NCBI GenBank assembly: GCA_017420505.1
Contig: JAFOIY010000079.1
Span: 1 to 45,555 of the forward strand
Direction: 5' to 3'
Length of the DNA: 45,555 nucleotides
Origin: Solobacterium sp.
GTDB lineage: Bacteria; Bacillota_I; Bacilli_A; Erysipelotrichales; Erysipelotrichaceae
Shown here: positions 18,587 through 32,796 of the stretch, in pieces
Layout of the letters: the number at the start of each line of letters is the position of its first letter
How positions within the stretch are numbered: position 1 is the first letter of the stretch
The notes under the pieces: model-generated
Seen by the model: only the letters and a program-made list of their open reading frames with translations
What the model was told of the DNA's origin: nothing
Databases searched by the model: none
Position numbers and translations under genes: made by a program

Positions 18587-20525
18587 TGCGTTTGACCGGA
18601 TTACGGTTATAGCAGAGAAGTACTATTACAACGGGGATACCGGAGGCTTTTATGTACGCATCAATGAACACGCTGTACCCTGCAGCCTGGTAGGGCGTAC
18701 AGAGTGCCCGGACGGCGTAGAGTATGCGCTGGCGATCGATTCACCGTTCAGTCTGGAGGACCGGCTGATGGTGGCGGACCGCTACGGTGCAAAGTGCCCG
18801 GTACAGCCGCGCTTCATCGTCAAGACGGACTGGTTTGAAGAATACTGCACGACGGACACACAGCTCGGAGCGCTTTACGAACCGGAAGGTACGGAATTCC
18901 GTCTCTGGGCACCGACGTCGCGCAGTGCACTGGTGGAGCTCCATCAGGGTGATACGGTATCCTACCATGCAATGACCCGGCAGAAAGGCGGGGTTTTTGC
19001 CGTACGGATTGAAGGCGATCTGAAGCATGCGCTGTACATGTACATCATTGTGCGGGATACGGAATCCGTGCGCTGCTGCGATCCTTACGCACTGAGCAGT
19101 ACAGCGGATCACGAATACAGCGCCGTCATCGATCCGGGAGAGATCATAGGGATCGAGGATGTACCGCTGTCTCCGTGCAGTGACCCGGTCATCTATGAAA
19201 TGAATATCCGGGATCTGACCGTGCTGTCCTCCTGGCCGGGAGAATACCACGGCAAGTATCTCTCGCTGTGCGAAGAAGGCCAGGAACTGGACGGAATGCC
19301 GTGCGGTGCGGATTATCTGGCCATGCTGGGTGTCAGCCATGTACAGGTGCAGCCGGTCGGTGACTTTGAAGGCATAGACGAGCGCTATCCTGAAATGACA
19401 TACAACTGGGGATACAATCCCCTGAGCTTCCTGGTTCCGGAAGGCAGCTACAGTACAGACCCGCAGGATCCCTACTCAAGGGTAACGGAATTCAGAAAGA
19501 TGGTCACAGCCCTGCACCGCAAGGGCATCCGTCTGACGGTGGACGCTGTGCTGAACCATGTCTATGATCTGCAGCGAAGCGATCTGAACATGACTGTACC
19601 GTACTACTACTTCCGCTGGAACGGGGACGGTACACCGTCAAACGGAACGTTCTGCGGCAATGATCTGGACAGTGAGCGGGTGATGGTGAGGCAGCTGTAC
19701 CTGCGTACGGTGGATGTGCTGTTCGGGCTGTACGGTGTCAATGGCCTGCGTCTCGACCTGATGGGCATTCTCGATACAGATACGGTAAACCGGATCCGGG
19801 ACAGAGCCCTGACCTATGACCGCAGTGCGCTGATCTACGGCGAAGGCTGGGACATGCCGACGCTGCTGGGGCAGGACCGCAAGGCTTCCATCGCCAACCA
19901 GGCGAAGATGCCGGGGGTAGGCCACTTCAACGATCGTTTCCGGGATGTCATCAAAGGCGGTACAGGAGATGACCGTCTGAGTGAGAAGGGATGGCTGAGC
20001 GGCGGAGAGTATTCCAACGAGGAAGTCATTGCGGTACTGGAAGGCAGCCGGCATATCTTCGATGATGCGGGGAAATCCGTGAACTATCTGGAAAGCCATG
20101 ACAACAGTACCCTGTGGGACAAACTGTGCGCCTGTTCGGATGAGCCGAAGGAGGTCCTGCGGAAACGGCAGGTACTGATGATCAAAACGATGCTGCTGAG
20201 CAGGGGCATCCCGTTCCTGCATGCAGGAATGGAATACTACGCCAGCAAGGGTGGACGGACAAACAGCTACTGTGCCGGTGATGCAGTGAACGGGTTTGAC
20301 TGGCGCCGCTGCCGTACAGAATACGAAACCGTGAAGCAGGTGCAGGAAGCGATCGCACTGCGGAAACGGCTGAATACGGACAGTCTGAAGGTATGGACAT
20401 CGGAAGGACTGTACCTGTTCGATTATGGAACGGTCCGGGTCGTGCTGAATCCCGGAGAGCACAGCAGAAAATGGGGAAAGTCGGTGATTCCGGCATTCGG
20501 CACCGTTGTTCTGGAAGAAGAGTGA
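18570..20525 (+). CDS. pulA: Type I pullulanase / glycogen debranching enzyme (GH13)
   Basis: FRLWAP, YNWGYNP, GLRLDLMG, YGEGW, YLESHDN; no signal peptide. Confidence 0.88.
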   Translation: MKAYLDAFDRITVIAEKYYYNGDTGGFYVRINEHAVPCSLVGRTECPDGVEYALAIDSPFSLEDRLMVADRYGAKCPVQPRFIVKTDWFEEYCTTDTQLGALYEPEGTEFRLWAPTSRSALVELHQGDTVSYHAMTRQKGGVFAVRIEGDLKHALYMYIIVRDTESVRCCDPYALSSTADHEYSAVIDPGEIIGIEDVPLSPCSDPVIYEMNIRDLTVLSSWPGEYHGKYLSLCEEGQELDGMPCGADYLAMLGVSHVQVQPVGDFEGIDERYPEMTYNWGYNPLSFLVPEGSYSTDPQDPYSRVTEFRKMVTALHRKGIRLTVDAVLNHVYDLQRSDLNMTVPYYYFRWNGDGTPSNGTFCGNDLDSERVMVRQLYLRTVDVLFGLYGVNGLRLDLMGILDTDTVNRIRDRALTYDRSALIYGEGWDMPTLLGQDRKASIANQAKMPGVGHFNDRFRDVIKGGTGDDRLSEKGWLSGGEYSNEEVIAVLEGSRHIFDDAGKSVNYLESHDNSTLWDKLCACSDEPKEVLRKRQVLMIKTMLLSRGIPFLHAGMEYYASKGGRTNSYCAGDAVNGFDWRRCRTEYETVKQVQEAIALRKRLNTDSLKVWTSEGLYLFDYGTVRVVLNPGEHSRKWGKSVIPAFGTVVLEEE

Positions 20526-20536
20526 GGGCAAGAAAG

Positions 20537-22477
20537 ATGATGAAGAAATGGTATGGCGCGCTTCTGTGTGCAGTACTGGTACTGAACAGTACCGCAGGGG
20601 TACGCGCGGAGGATCAGGATTTCGATGAGTTCCTGACGGAAGAATTCGTGGAAAGCATGGAATCGGACTATATGACCCTGCATTACGGTGTCAGGGACTA
20701 TGGGAAGTACGGTATCGAGAAGCCGGAACTGATCTTCGGTACAGCTACGAAGGAAAGCTATGATGAAGCAGGCGATATTTACCGCGAAGCGCTGGATACG
20801 CTGCATTCCTTCAACTATGACAAGCTGAGCGCGGAGCAGCAGGTCGACTACCGGGTCTACGAAAAGTATCTGACGGATATCATCGGCTTGAACAATCCGC
20901 TGCTGGATGCCTATTTCAATCCGAACACTGGTATTCTGGACAACATCGTGACCAACTTCACGGAGTTCGTTTTCCGGGATCAGGAAGACTTCGATGATTA
21001 TCTGGCTGTACTTGACACGGTCGATGAATACATGGACGAAGCGATCGAACTGACAAAGTGGCAGGCTTCCGAAGGAGTATTCCTGCGTGACAGCCTGCTG
21101 GATGAAGCAGAGGACTGGATCCGGGATTTCCTGGACAAAGGGGAAGAGTGCCCGATGATTGTCATCTTCGACCAGAAGGTGGACGCGTTCGATGGTCTGA
21201 GCACTGCGGAAAGGGACAGCTACAAGAAGCGGAACCGGGATATCGTGCTGAATGTTGTATTCCCGGCATACCGCAAGGCTTGGGACGAGCTGGAAAAGCT
21301 GCGCGGTTCCGGACGCTATGAAGGTGGTATGGTCAATTACCCGGGCGGTGAGGAATACTACCGTTCCCTGGTTTCGTACAAGACTTCTTCCTCCATGAGC
21401 GTTGAGGAGCAGGTGGAATTCCTGGACGGTGTTCTGGAAGAAGGTCTGGGCTACTATATGGTTCTCTATTTCTCTGCGCAGGATATCTTCGACCGCTATG
21501 AAGAGGTGGTTGACTTTGACAGTGCGGAAGACATCCTGAACTATCATCAGGCACATGTGAAGGAGCAGTATCCGGACGGTCCGGAAGTGGTCTACGAAGT
21601 ATCCTACCTGGATCCGAGCGTTGCGAACGATTCAACGATGGCATACTATATGGAGCCGCCGATCGATGATATCCGCGACAATGTAGTCCGCATCAACGGC
21701 GATCTTGTCAGCGATACGAACACAATGTACGAGACACTGGCGCATGAAGGCTTCCCCGGCCATCTGTACCAGATTACCTGGTATCTGAATACAAAGCCGC
21801 ATCCTGCCCGTTCAACCATGCGGAACATGGGCTATACGGAAGGCTGGGGCATGTACGGTGAGCTGTCTTCCTGGGAGTACAGCGGCCTGGATGAGGACGT
21901 TGCGCTGATGCATGAGATCGATACCATGCTCGGCTATGTATTCAATGCGTACTGCGATCTGGGCGTCAATGGTCTGGGCTGGACGGTATCCGATCTGAAG
22001 GTGCAGATGGATGAACACGGGTTCAACGGTGAGATGGCCCAGGATATGTATGACTTTGTCATTGATGCACCGGGGCAGATTCTGCCGTACGGTGTAGGAC
22101 TGGCTCAGTTCCTGGCTCTGAGATCCATGACTGCCGTCAGTATGGGCAGTGATTTCGATCTTCGGAAGTTCAATGAAGTGCTGCTGACGAACGGGGACCG
22201 GCCGTTTGACCTGGTCGAGGAAGACCTTGTACAGTACATCGAAAAGTCCGGCCATCAGGTATCCGAGGACTTTACCTACCTGGACTGCTGGTTTGATCAG
22301 GCTATGAAGCTGCCGGGCGTGAACCAGGAGATGGCCCTGCAGTACATCCACCACGGTACGGAAATGCCGAGATCGAAGACACCGTTCATCATTGCCGGTG
22401 TAGGTGCGGTGATCGTGCTGGCCCTGGCTGTTCTGCTCATCCGGAATTCCCGGAAGAAGACCTTCGGGGATGAGTGA
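20537..22477 (+). CDS. DUF885 family secreted protein with a C-terminal membrane anchor
   Basis: Signal peptide MMKKWYGALLCAVLVL; HEGFPGH and GYTEGWGMY motifs; C-terminal hydrophobic helix followed by a basic tail. Confidence 0.8.
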   Translation: MMKKWYGALLCAVLVLNSTAGVRAEDQDFDEFLTEEFVESMESDYMTLHYGVRDYGKYGIEKPELIFGTATKESYDEAGDIYREALDTLHSFNYDKLSAEQQVDYRVYEKYLTDIIGLNNPLLDAYFNPNTGILDNIVTNFTEFVFRDQEDFDDYLAVLDTVDEYMDEAIELTKWQASEGVFLRDSLLDEAEDWIRDFLDKGEECPMIVIFDQKVDAFDGLSTAERDSYKKRNRDIVLNVVFPAYRKAWDELEKLRGSGRYEGGMVNYPGGEEYYRSLVSYKTSSSMSVEEQVEFLDGVLEEGLGYYMVLYFSAQDIFDRYEEVVDFDSAEDILNYHQAHVKEQYPDGPEVVYEVSYLDPSVANDSTMAYYMEPPIDDIRDNVVRINGDLVSDTNTMYETLAHEGFPGHLYQITWYLNTKPHPARSTMRNMGYTEGWGMYGELSSWEYSGLDEDVALMHEIDTMLGYVFNAYCDLGVNGLGWTVSDLKVQMDEHGFNGEMAQDMYDFVIDAPGQILPYGVGLAQFLALRSMTAVSMGSDFDLRKFNEVLLTNGDRPFDLVEEDLVQYIEKSGHQVSEDFTYLDCWFDQAMKLPGVNQEMALQYIHHGTEMPRSKTPFIIAGVGAVIVLALAVLLIRNSRKKTFGDE

Positions 22478-23157
22478 TGATCCACAATGATTGGTATGAC
22501 TGGCTGCAGAAGGAGTTCCGTGAGGACTACTTTGTAAAGCTGGCTTCGTTTGTACATGATGCCTATGAGCAGGGACCGGTGTATCCGCCGAAGCAGCAGG
22601 TCTTCTCCGCGTTCGAGCATACGGACTACGCGAAGATCCGGGTGGTGATCCTGGGACAGGATCCCTACCATCAGCGGGGGCAGGCGCACGGGATGTGCTT
22701 CTCGGTAAATCCGGGGGTGAAGATCCCGCCCAGTCTCCAGAACATCTTCATGGAACTGAAGGATGAACTGGGCTGCTATGTACCGGACAATGGATATCTG
22801 ATGCCCTGGGCGAAGCAGGGGGTATTCCTGCTGAACACGGTCATGACAGTAGCGGATTCGAAGCCGCTTTCCCATGCGAACAAGGGATGGGAGATCTTTA
22901 CGGACCGGGCAATCCGGCGCATCAATGACCGGGAGGATCCGGTGGTGTTCCTGCTGTGGGGCAGGAATGCGCGGTCCAAGGTCAGCCTGATCGATGCGTC
23001 AAAGCATCTGGTGCTGGAAGCACCGCATCCGTCTCCCCTCAGTGCACACTACGGCTTTTTCGGGTGCGGGCACTTTGCCCGGGCAAATGAGTTCCTCTCC
23101 GGCAGGGGCAAGGAACCGGTAGACTGGCAGATAAGGAATCTGGAACATGTTCAGTAA
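22474..23157 (+). CDS. ung: Uracil-DNA glycosylase
   Basis: VVILGQDPYH, PPSLQNI, LLNTVMTV, VFLLWG, HPSPLS. Confidence 0.96.
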   Translation: MMIHNDWYDWLQKEFREDYFVKLASFVHDAYEQGPVYPPKQQVFSAFEHTDYAKIRVVILGQDPYHQRGQAHGMCFSVNPGVKIPPSLQNIFMELKDELGCYVPDNGYLMPWAKQGVFLLNTVMTVADSKPLSHANKGWEIFTDRAIRRINDREDPVVFLLWGRNARSKVSLIDASKHLVLEAPHPSPLSAHYGFFGCGHFARANEFLSGRGKEPVDWQIRNLEHVQ

Positions 23158-24364
23158 TGCGTTGGATGCTGAAAACTATGTAATGAACCGGAGAGGGAAG
23201 GGCACCGGACTGGTGCGCTTCCGGGAGATCCTGGCGGAATACGGCAATCCGCAGGATGCGTACCGTACCGTCCATGTAGCCGGTACGAACGGCAAAGGCA
23301 GTACATGCAACTATCTGAAGGACATCTTTGTGTCCCTTGGCTGCCGCACCGGACTGTTTACGTCGCCGCATCTGGATGAACACCGGGACAGGATCCGGAT
23401 CAATGATGAACTGATACCGGAAGAGTGCTACCTGGGGTACGTCAATCAGCTGTATGAACTGATCGAGCGGGAGAAGCTGTCCATGTTCGAGTGCGTGACA
23501 TTGATCGGCTTCCTGTATTTCCGGGATGCAGGGGTGGATATTGCGGTCATTGAAACCGGACTGGGCGGTCTGCTGGATATGACGAATGCGCTGAGCCATC
23601 CGGACCTGTCGGTGATCACGACCATCGGCTATGACCACATGAACGTACTCGGTGATACGCTGGAAGAGATTGCGTACCAGAAGGCGGGAATCATCAAGGA
23701 GCACGGAAAGGTGATCATCGGTGATCTGCTTCCGGAAGCGGAAGCGACGGTGAAGGAGCAGGCGGACCGGATGAATGCGTCTTTCTTCCGCATGAGGCCG
23801 TTTGAGGACGTTTCCGAGCGTTCCTTCCGTCTGGGGGATACAGAGTATACCCTTTCGACAACGGCGCAGTATCAGAAGAAAAACGCGGTTCTGGCGCTCT
23901 CTGCGGCAGAGCTGCTGGGTGTGGATATCCGTGATCCCCGGGTGGTGGATGCCATCAGCGGAAGCCTCTGGAAGGGGCGCTTCGAAACGGTGTGTGAATC
24001 ACCGCGGATCGTGATGGACGGTGCGCACAATGAAGAGGGTATGCGGGCACTGGTGAACTCAGCGAAGCAGCTGCCCGGACCGATCATCTGTGTATTCACA
24101 GCGCTCAGGGACAAGCAGGGACCGGAGATGGAGCAGATGCTGGAGAGAACGGTGGACCGGCTGATCATAACCGAGATCCCGTACTATCGGGCAGACAGCG
24201 GAGAACACCTGAATTCCGGTACCCAGACCGTGATCCCGGACTACAAGGAAGCCATTGATACGGCTCTCCGGGAATGCGGGGAAGGTACTGTACTGATCTG
24301 CGGCTCCCTGTACTTCGTCAGCTATGCCAGGGCATGGCTGAAGGAGAAAGGGATCCTGCAGTAA
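23147..24364 (+). CDS. folC: Folylpolyglutamate synthase / dihydrofolate synthase
   Basis: HVAGTNGKGST, FTSPHL, ETGLGG, DH...LG, DGAHN, CGSLYF. Confidence 0.93.
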   Translation: MFSNALDAENYVMNRRGKGTGLVRFREILAEYGNPQDAYRTVHVAGTNGKGSTCNYLKDIFVSLGCRTGLFTSPHLDEHRDRIRINDELIPEECYLGYVNQLYELIEREKLSMFECVTLIGFLYFRDAGVDIAVIETGLGGLLDMTNALSHPDLSVITTIGYDHMNVLGDTLEEIAYQKAGIIKEHGKVIIGDLLPEAEATVKEQADRMNASFFRMRPFEDVSERSFRLGDTEYTLSTTAQYQKKNAVLALSAAELLGVDIRDPRVVDAISGSLWKGRFETVCESPRIVMDGAHNEEGMRALVNSAKQLPGPIICVFTALRDKQGPEMEQMLERTVDRLIITEIPYYRADSGEHLNSGTQTVIPDYKEAIDTALRECGEGTVLICGSLYFVSYARAWLKEKGILQ

Positions 24365-24378
24365 ACAGGAAACAGCAT

Positions 24379-24405
24379 AAGGCAGGCACAGGATGCCTGC
24401 CTTTT
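24379..24405 (+). terminator. Hairpin / probable terminator after folC
   Basis: AAGGCAGGCA-CAGGA-TGCCTGCCTT followed by a short T-run. Confidence 0.7.
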
Positions 24406-24490
24406 CCGTAAACGTTAACAATTATATAGGATAATGCGTCCGATCGTATTATAATAAAGGTACCTAACGGGATTTCTGGAGGAAAACGTT

Positions 24491-25627
24491 ATGAGATCTA
24501 ATAATATGGTTGCGATGATCCTGGCCGGGGGCCGAGGAACCCGGCTTTTTGACTTGACAACGAAGATCGCAAAGCCTGCGGTACACTTCGGCGGCAAGTA
24601 CAGGATCATTGATTTTCCGCTGAGCAACTGTGCCAACTCAGGCATTTCCACAGTCGGTGTGCTGACACAGTACGAATCGGTGCTGCTCAATGCTTATGTA
24701 GCCGGTGGACACCGGTGGGGTATGGAAGGAAACGGCAGCGGAGTCTTTGTGCTGACGCCGCGGGAGAAGTCCTCCGAGGATTTCCAGGTCTACAACGGAA
24801 CAGCCGATGCGATCACGCAGAATCTGGATTTCCTGGACAATCTGGATCCGGAATATGTACTGATCCTCTCGGGTGACCACATCTACAAGATGAACTACGA
24901 TCAGCTGCTGAAGTTCCACATTGCCAGGGACGCGGACGCAACAATCGCCGTGCTGGAAGTGCCGTTCAAGGAAGCGTCCCGCTTCGGCATCATGAACACG
25001 GACGAGAAGGACAGGATTCTCGAATTCGAAGAGAAGCCTGCGCATCCGAAATCAAATCTGGCGAGCATGGGCATCTACATCTTCAGCTACAAAACCCTGC
25101 GCAGGTATCTAATGAAGGATCTGAAGGACGCGAACAGTTCCCACGACTTCGGCAAGGATATCATTCCTGCCTACCTGAACGATGAGAAGAAGCTGTATGC
25201 CTACCGGTTCCGGGGATACTGGAAGGATGTAGGTACGATAGATTCGCTGTGGGAGGCGAACATGGATCTTCTGGATGATTCGTCCAGGCTCAACCTGATG
25301 GAGGATGACTGGAAGATCTACACAGAGAGCGAGAACATTCTTCCGCAGTACATCGGTCCGGATGCGGTGATCGAGAACTGCTCCATCACCGAAGGCTGCG
25401 CAGTCTACGGCAAGGCTGTGAATTCAGTGATCGGTGCGAACGCAGTCATCGGTGAAGGTGCAGAGGTCATCGATTGTGTCGTCAACCCCGGGGCGATCAT
25501 CGGAGAAGGCGCAAAGCTTACACGCTGTGTGGTAGAGGATGAGATCAAGGTTCCGGCAGGGGCGGTATACGGCTCCGCGGACAGTGAACATATTCTGTTG
25601 GTAGCAGGAGGGCAAAAGGCTGTATGA
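24491..25627 (+). CDS. glgC: Glucose-1-phosphate adenylyltransferase
   Basis: [53 protein letters not shown]. Confidence 0.96.
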   Translation: MRSNNMVAMILAGGRGTRLFDLTTKIAKPAVHFGGKYRIIDFPLSNCANSGISTVGVLTQYESVLLNAYVAGGHRWGMEGNGSGVFVLTPREKSSEDFQVYNGTADAITQNLDFLDNLDPEYVLILSGDHIYKMNYDQLLKFHIARDADATIAVLEVPFKEASRFGIMNTDEKDRILEFEEKPAHPKSNLASMGIYIFSYKTLRRYLMKDLKDANSSHDFGKDIIPAYLNDEKKLYAYRFRGYWKDVGTIDSLWEANMDLLDDSSRLNLMEDDWKIYTESENILPQYIGPDAVIENCSITEGCAVYGKAVNSVIGANAVIGEGAEVIDCVVNPGAIIGEGAKLTRCVVEDEIKVPAGAVYGSADSEHILLVAGGQKAV

Positions 25628-26736
25628 GAGCATTGGGCATTATCAGTTTCGAAGACAATACGGTCTCCATTGACGGACTGGATGAATTCCGGCCTGTAGC
25701 CGCCATCGGTATGATGGGACGGTACCGTGTGATTGATTTCGTTCTGAGCAATATGACGAACAGCGGCATCGACAATGTGCAGGTCTACTGCAAGGAGAAG
25801 CCGCGGAATCTGTTCGAGCATCTGCGGGATGGTTCGGACTACAATATCAACTCCAAGCGGGGAAACCTGCGGATCCTCTACGGTGAAAGGGAGTTCCCTG
25901 CTCCGGTATACAATACGGACGTAGCGAACTTTATGCTCAATATGCAGTACATCGAAGGAACCAATGTGCCCTATGTACTGGTGGCGCCGTCCTACTTTGT
26001 CTATTCCTATGATTTCAACGATATGCTCAAGGAACATGAACGTACCAAGGCGGATGTATCCGTACTGTACATGAATACGAACCAGGGCAGGACGAGGTAT
26101 CTGGGCTGCGACAGCCTGGAAGTGAACAAAGGCCACCGGGTAACGGTTATCCGCCGGAACATGGGACGCTACCAGAGAGCGAAGATCTCCATGGAAGCGT
26201 ATCTGATGCGCAAGGATCTGTTCATCTCCCTGGTCAAGGAAGCGTATGAGACCTCAGCGCTGTACTGGTTCAAGGATATCCTGCGGGACAAGGTGGATTC
26301 TCTGCTGGTCCAGGGTGTGCCGGTCGGTGGATACATTGCCTGCCTGAACTCTCTGCCAGAGTACTACCGGGCCAATATGGAACTGCTGGATCCGGCCAAT
26401 GTCAGGAAACTGTTCAAGAAGGACAGGCCGGTCTATACCCAGACCAGGGATTCCAGTCCGACTGCCTACAAGGGCGAGGGAAAGGCTGTGAATTCAATCC
26501 TGGCCAATGGATCGGTCATTGAGGGTACGGTCATCAATTCGCAGATCGGCCGTAATGTACATATCGGCAAGGGTGCAGTGGTCAGGAACAGCATTATCCT
26601 GACAAGTGCGGAAGTAGGTCCGAATGTCACGCTTGACCACGCTGTCGTGGACAAGTACGCAATTGTAAAGACGGTCAAGGAACTGACGGGCACGGAGGAA
26701 CTGCCGGTCTATGTAAAGCGGCGTGACCGCATCTAG
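25624..26736 (+). CDS. glgD: Glucose-1-phosphate adenylyltransferase subunit GlgD
   Basis: [24 protein letters not shown]; GlgC paralogue lacking the GGxGxRL motif; left-handed beta-helix C-terminus. Confidence 0.92.
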   Translation: MRALGIISFEDNTVSIDGLDEFRPVAAIGMMGRYRVIDFVLSNMTNSGIDNVQVYCKEKPRNLFEHLRDGSDYNINSKRGNLRILYGEREFPAPVYNTDVANFMLNMQYIEGTNVPYVLVAPSYFVYSYDFNDMLKEHERTKADVSVLYMNTNQGRTRYLGCDSLEVNKGHRVTVIRRNMGRYQRAKISMEAYLMRKDLFISLVKEAYETSALYWFKDILRDKVDSLLVQGVPVGGYIACLNSLPEYYRANMELLDPANVRKLFKKDRPVYTQTRDSSPTAYKGEGKAVNSILANGSVIEGTVINSQIGRNVHIGKGAVVRNSIILTSAEVGPNVTLDHAVVDKYAIVKTVKELTGTEELPVYVKRRDRI

Positions 26737-26746
26737 AGGTGAAGGC

Positions 26747-28186
26747 ATGAAGATTCTGTTTGTAGCGGGAGAAGGGCTTCCCTTTGTCAAGACAGGCGGC
26801 CTGGCCGATGTCATCGGCAGTCTCCCCAAGGTACTGGTGAAAAAAGGCTGCGACTGCCGGGTGGTGCTGCCGCTCTACAGCCACGTCATTATGGACCACT
26901 ACAATGAACTGGCGCGTCTGGGAACGATGTCCGTGCGCTTCGGCAATGCGGAGCAGCCAGCGACGTTCTACCGCGGCGAGGACTCCGGTGTTACGTATTA
27001 TTTCATTGAGCACCAGGGTTTCTTCGAGCGGGATTCACTGTACGGGTACTATGACGATGGAGAGCGCTTTGCGTTCTTCCAGCGGGCAGCGCTGGATATG
27101 CTCAGCTTCCTGGACTGGTGGCCGGACATCATCCATTCCAATGACTGGCAGAGCGGTATGATCCCGCTGCTGGCGAGGAACGTATACGGCGGAGATGAAC
27201 GCTACCGGAACATCAAGCATGTCTATACGATCCACAATCTGGCTTTCCAGGGCAATTTCTCCAAGGATCTGCTGTGGTCCAGGCTCGGGATCGATGATTA
27301 CTACTACAACAACGGTGCAGTCCGTTTCGATGACGGTATCAGCTTCATGAAGTCAGCGCTGGTGTTTGCGGACAAGATCACGACAGTATCTCCCACCTAT
27401 GCCAGGGAAATCCTGACACCGGGCTTCGGAGAGCGGATGAATGAAGTGCTGAAATACCGGCAGGAAGATCTCTGCGGCATTGTGAACGGCATTGATACGG
27501 ACAACTGGAATCCGCTGAGCGATCTGCGGCTGGCCAAGAACTACAGTCTGCGCAATTATGTATCGGGCAAGCGCGAGAACAAGAAAAAGCTTCAGGAGAT
27601 GCTGGGGCTGGAAGTCCGGAGCGATGTCATGGTCATCGGTCTGGTATCCCGGCTGACGGGCCAGAAGGGTGTCTATATGATCACTTCCGGCATGCACGAG
27701 ATGATGCGCAGGAACCTGCAGTTCGTCGTACTGGGCACCGGAGAGCGGGCGGCAGAAGATGCGTTCCGTTCCATGGAGAACATGTACCAGGGCAGAATGG
27801 TCTACTACAGCGGCTACAATGAAGACCTGGCGCATATGATCTATGCCGGCTGCGATGTCTTCCTGATGCCTTCCATGTATGAACCCTGCGGCATCAGCCA
27901 GATGATCTCCCAGCGCTACGGTACCCTGCCGGTGGTCAGGGAGACCGGCGGACTGTCGGATACGGTTATGCCGTACAACGAGTATACAGGCGAAGGAAAC
28001 GGCTTCAGCTTCCACGGTGAAAGCTCAGGCAACCTCATGGACGTCCTGGACTATGTGCTCAGAACGTACTATGATAACCCGGCAGGCTGGAGAGGCCTGG
28101 TGCACAGCGCAATGAAAACGGATGTGTCGTGGAACAGGAGTGCAGATGCCTACCTGGCGCTGTATAATAGTATCATCGGCAATTGA
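26747..28186 (+). CDS. glgA: Glycogen synthase
   Basis: MKILFVAGE..PFVKTGGLADV, HSNDWQ, TIHNLAFQG, MPSMYEPCGISQ, ETGGL. Confidence 0.96.
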   Translation: MKILFVAGEGLPFVKTGGLADVIGSLPKVLVKKGCDCRVVLPLYSHVIMDHYNELARLGTMSVRFGNAEQPATFYRGEDSGVTYYFIEHQGFFERDSLYGYYDDGERFAFFQRAALDMLSFLDWWPDIIHSNDWQSGMIPLLARNVYGGDERYRNIKHVYTIHNLAFQGNFSKDLLWSRLGIDDYYYNNGAVRFDDGISFMKSALVFADKITTVSPTYAREILTPGFGERMNEVLKYRQEDLCGIVNGIDTDNWNPLSDLRLAKNYSLRNYVSGKRENKKKLQEMLGLEVRSDVMVIGLVSRLTGQKGVYMITSGMHEMMRRNLQFVVLGTGERAAEDAFRSMENMYQGRMVYYSGYNEDLAHMIYAGCDVFLMPSMYEPCGISQMISQRYGTLPVVRETGGLSDTVMPYNEYTGEGNGFSFHGESSGNLMDVLDYVLRTYYDNPAGWRGLVHSAMKTDVSWNRSADAYLALYNSIIGN

Positions 28187-28201
28187 GAAGGAGAGTCAGA
28201 T

Positions 28202-29380
28202 ATGAAGACAAAGACATTGAAGGATTTTGATGTAAAGGGTAAACGTGTCATTGTCCGTGTGGATTTCAATGTGCCCCACAAAGGGGAAACCATTACGGAT
28301 GACAACAGGATTATGGCGGCCCTGCCGACCATCAACTGGTTGACGGAACGCGGCGCCAAAGTGATTCTGCTGAGCCATCTCGGCAAGATCAAGACAGAGG
28401 AAGACAAGGTGAAGAACGACATGGCTGTCGTTGCGAAGCGCCTTGCGGAAGTACAGGCAGCGCCGGTGGTGTTTGTGCCGGAGACCAGGGGAGAAGCTCT
28501 GGAGGCTGCGGTTGCGGCAATGGAGGACGGCTCCATCGTTCTGATGCAGAATACGCGCTATGAACCGGGTGAGACGAAGAATGATCCGGAACTGGGTGCG
28601 TACTGGGCATCCCTGGGCGATCTGTTCATCGAAGATGCGTTCGGTTCCGTGCACCGTGCCCATGCAAGTACCGTCGGTATTCCGACACACCTGCCGCACG
28701 GCGCAGGCTTCCTGGTGGAAAAGGAACTGGAAGTCCTGGGCGGTGCGCTGGAGAATCCGAAGCGTCCGTTCGTAGCGATTCTGGGCGGTGCGAAGGTATC
28801 CGACAAGATCGGTGTCATCGAGAACCTGCTGAAGACAGCGGACAAGGTCCTGATCGGCGGCGGCATGGCCTACACATTCGCGGCCGCGGAAGGCGGAAAG
28901 ATCGGTACATCCCTGCTGGAAGCCGACAAGGAAGAGCTGGCGAAGGAATTCATCGAAAAGGGTGCAGGCAAACTGTACCTGCCGGTGGATACGGTTGTAG
29001 CGAACGATTTCGACAATCCGGGTGACATTCATACCGTGAAGTCCGGTGAGATTCCTGACGGATACATGGGTCTGGATATCGGCGATGGTACCATTGAAGC
29101 CTTCAAGAAGGCACTGGAAGGTGCAAAGACCGTATTCTGGAACGGTCCGATGGGCGTGTTCGAGAAGCCTGAGTTCGCAAAGGGAACCATTGAGATCTGC
29201 AAAGCGCTTGCGGAGCTGGATGACGCAACGACGATCATCGGCGGCGGCGACAGTGCTTCGGCAGCGAAGAACCTCGGCTATGCTGAGAAGTTCAGCCATA
29301 TCTCTACAGGCGGCGGAGCCTCCCTGGAGTTCATGGAAGGAAAGAGTCTGCCGGGTGTGGCAGTCCTGGAGGAAGAGTGA
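28202..29380 (+). CDS. pgk: Phosphoglycerate kinase
   Basis: [45 protein letters not shown]. Confidence 0.97.
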   Translation: MKTKTLKDFDVKGKRVIVRVDFNVPHKGETITDDNRIMAALPTINWLTERGAKVILLSHLGKIKTEEDKVKNDMAVVAKRLAEVQAAPVVFVPETRGEALEAAVAAMEDGSIVLMQNTRYEPGETKNDPELGAYWASLGDLFIEDAFGSVHRAHASTVGIPTHLPHGAGFLVEKELEVLGGALENPKRPFVAILGGAKVSDKIGVIENLLKTADKVLIGGGMAYTFAAAEGGKIGTSLLEADKEELAKEFIEKGAGKLYLPVDTVVANDFDNPGDIHTVKSGEIPDGYMGLDIGDGTIEAFKKALEGAKTVFWNGPMGVFEKPEFAKGTIEICKALAELDDATTIIGGGDSASAAKNLGYAEKFSHISTGGGASLEFMEGKSLPGVAVLEEE

Positions 29381-29383
29381 GCT

Positions 29384-32750
<3,367 letters not shown>

Positions 32751-32764
32751 AATCCCATTATATA

Positions 32765-32790
32765 GAAAAGATCCGCGTTCTGCGGATCTT
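32765..32790 (-). terminator. Terminator after the crotonase gene
   Basis: AAGATCCGC / GCGGATCTT stem with a 5-nt loop, followed by a T-run on the minus strand. Confidence 0.7.
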
Positions 32791-32796
32791 CCGGCA

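Noticed and set aside
25412-26495. Repeated AAGGCTGTGAATTCA in glgC and glgD
   Set aside because: Explained by GlgC/GlgD paralogy (KAVNS in the beta-helix), not by a mobile or regulatory repeat.
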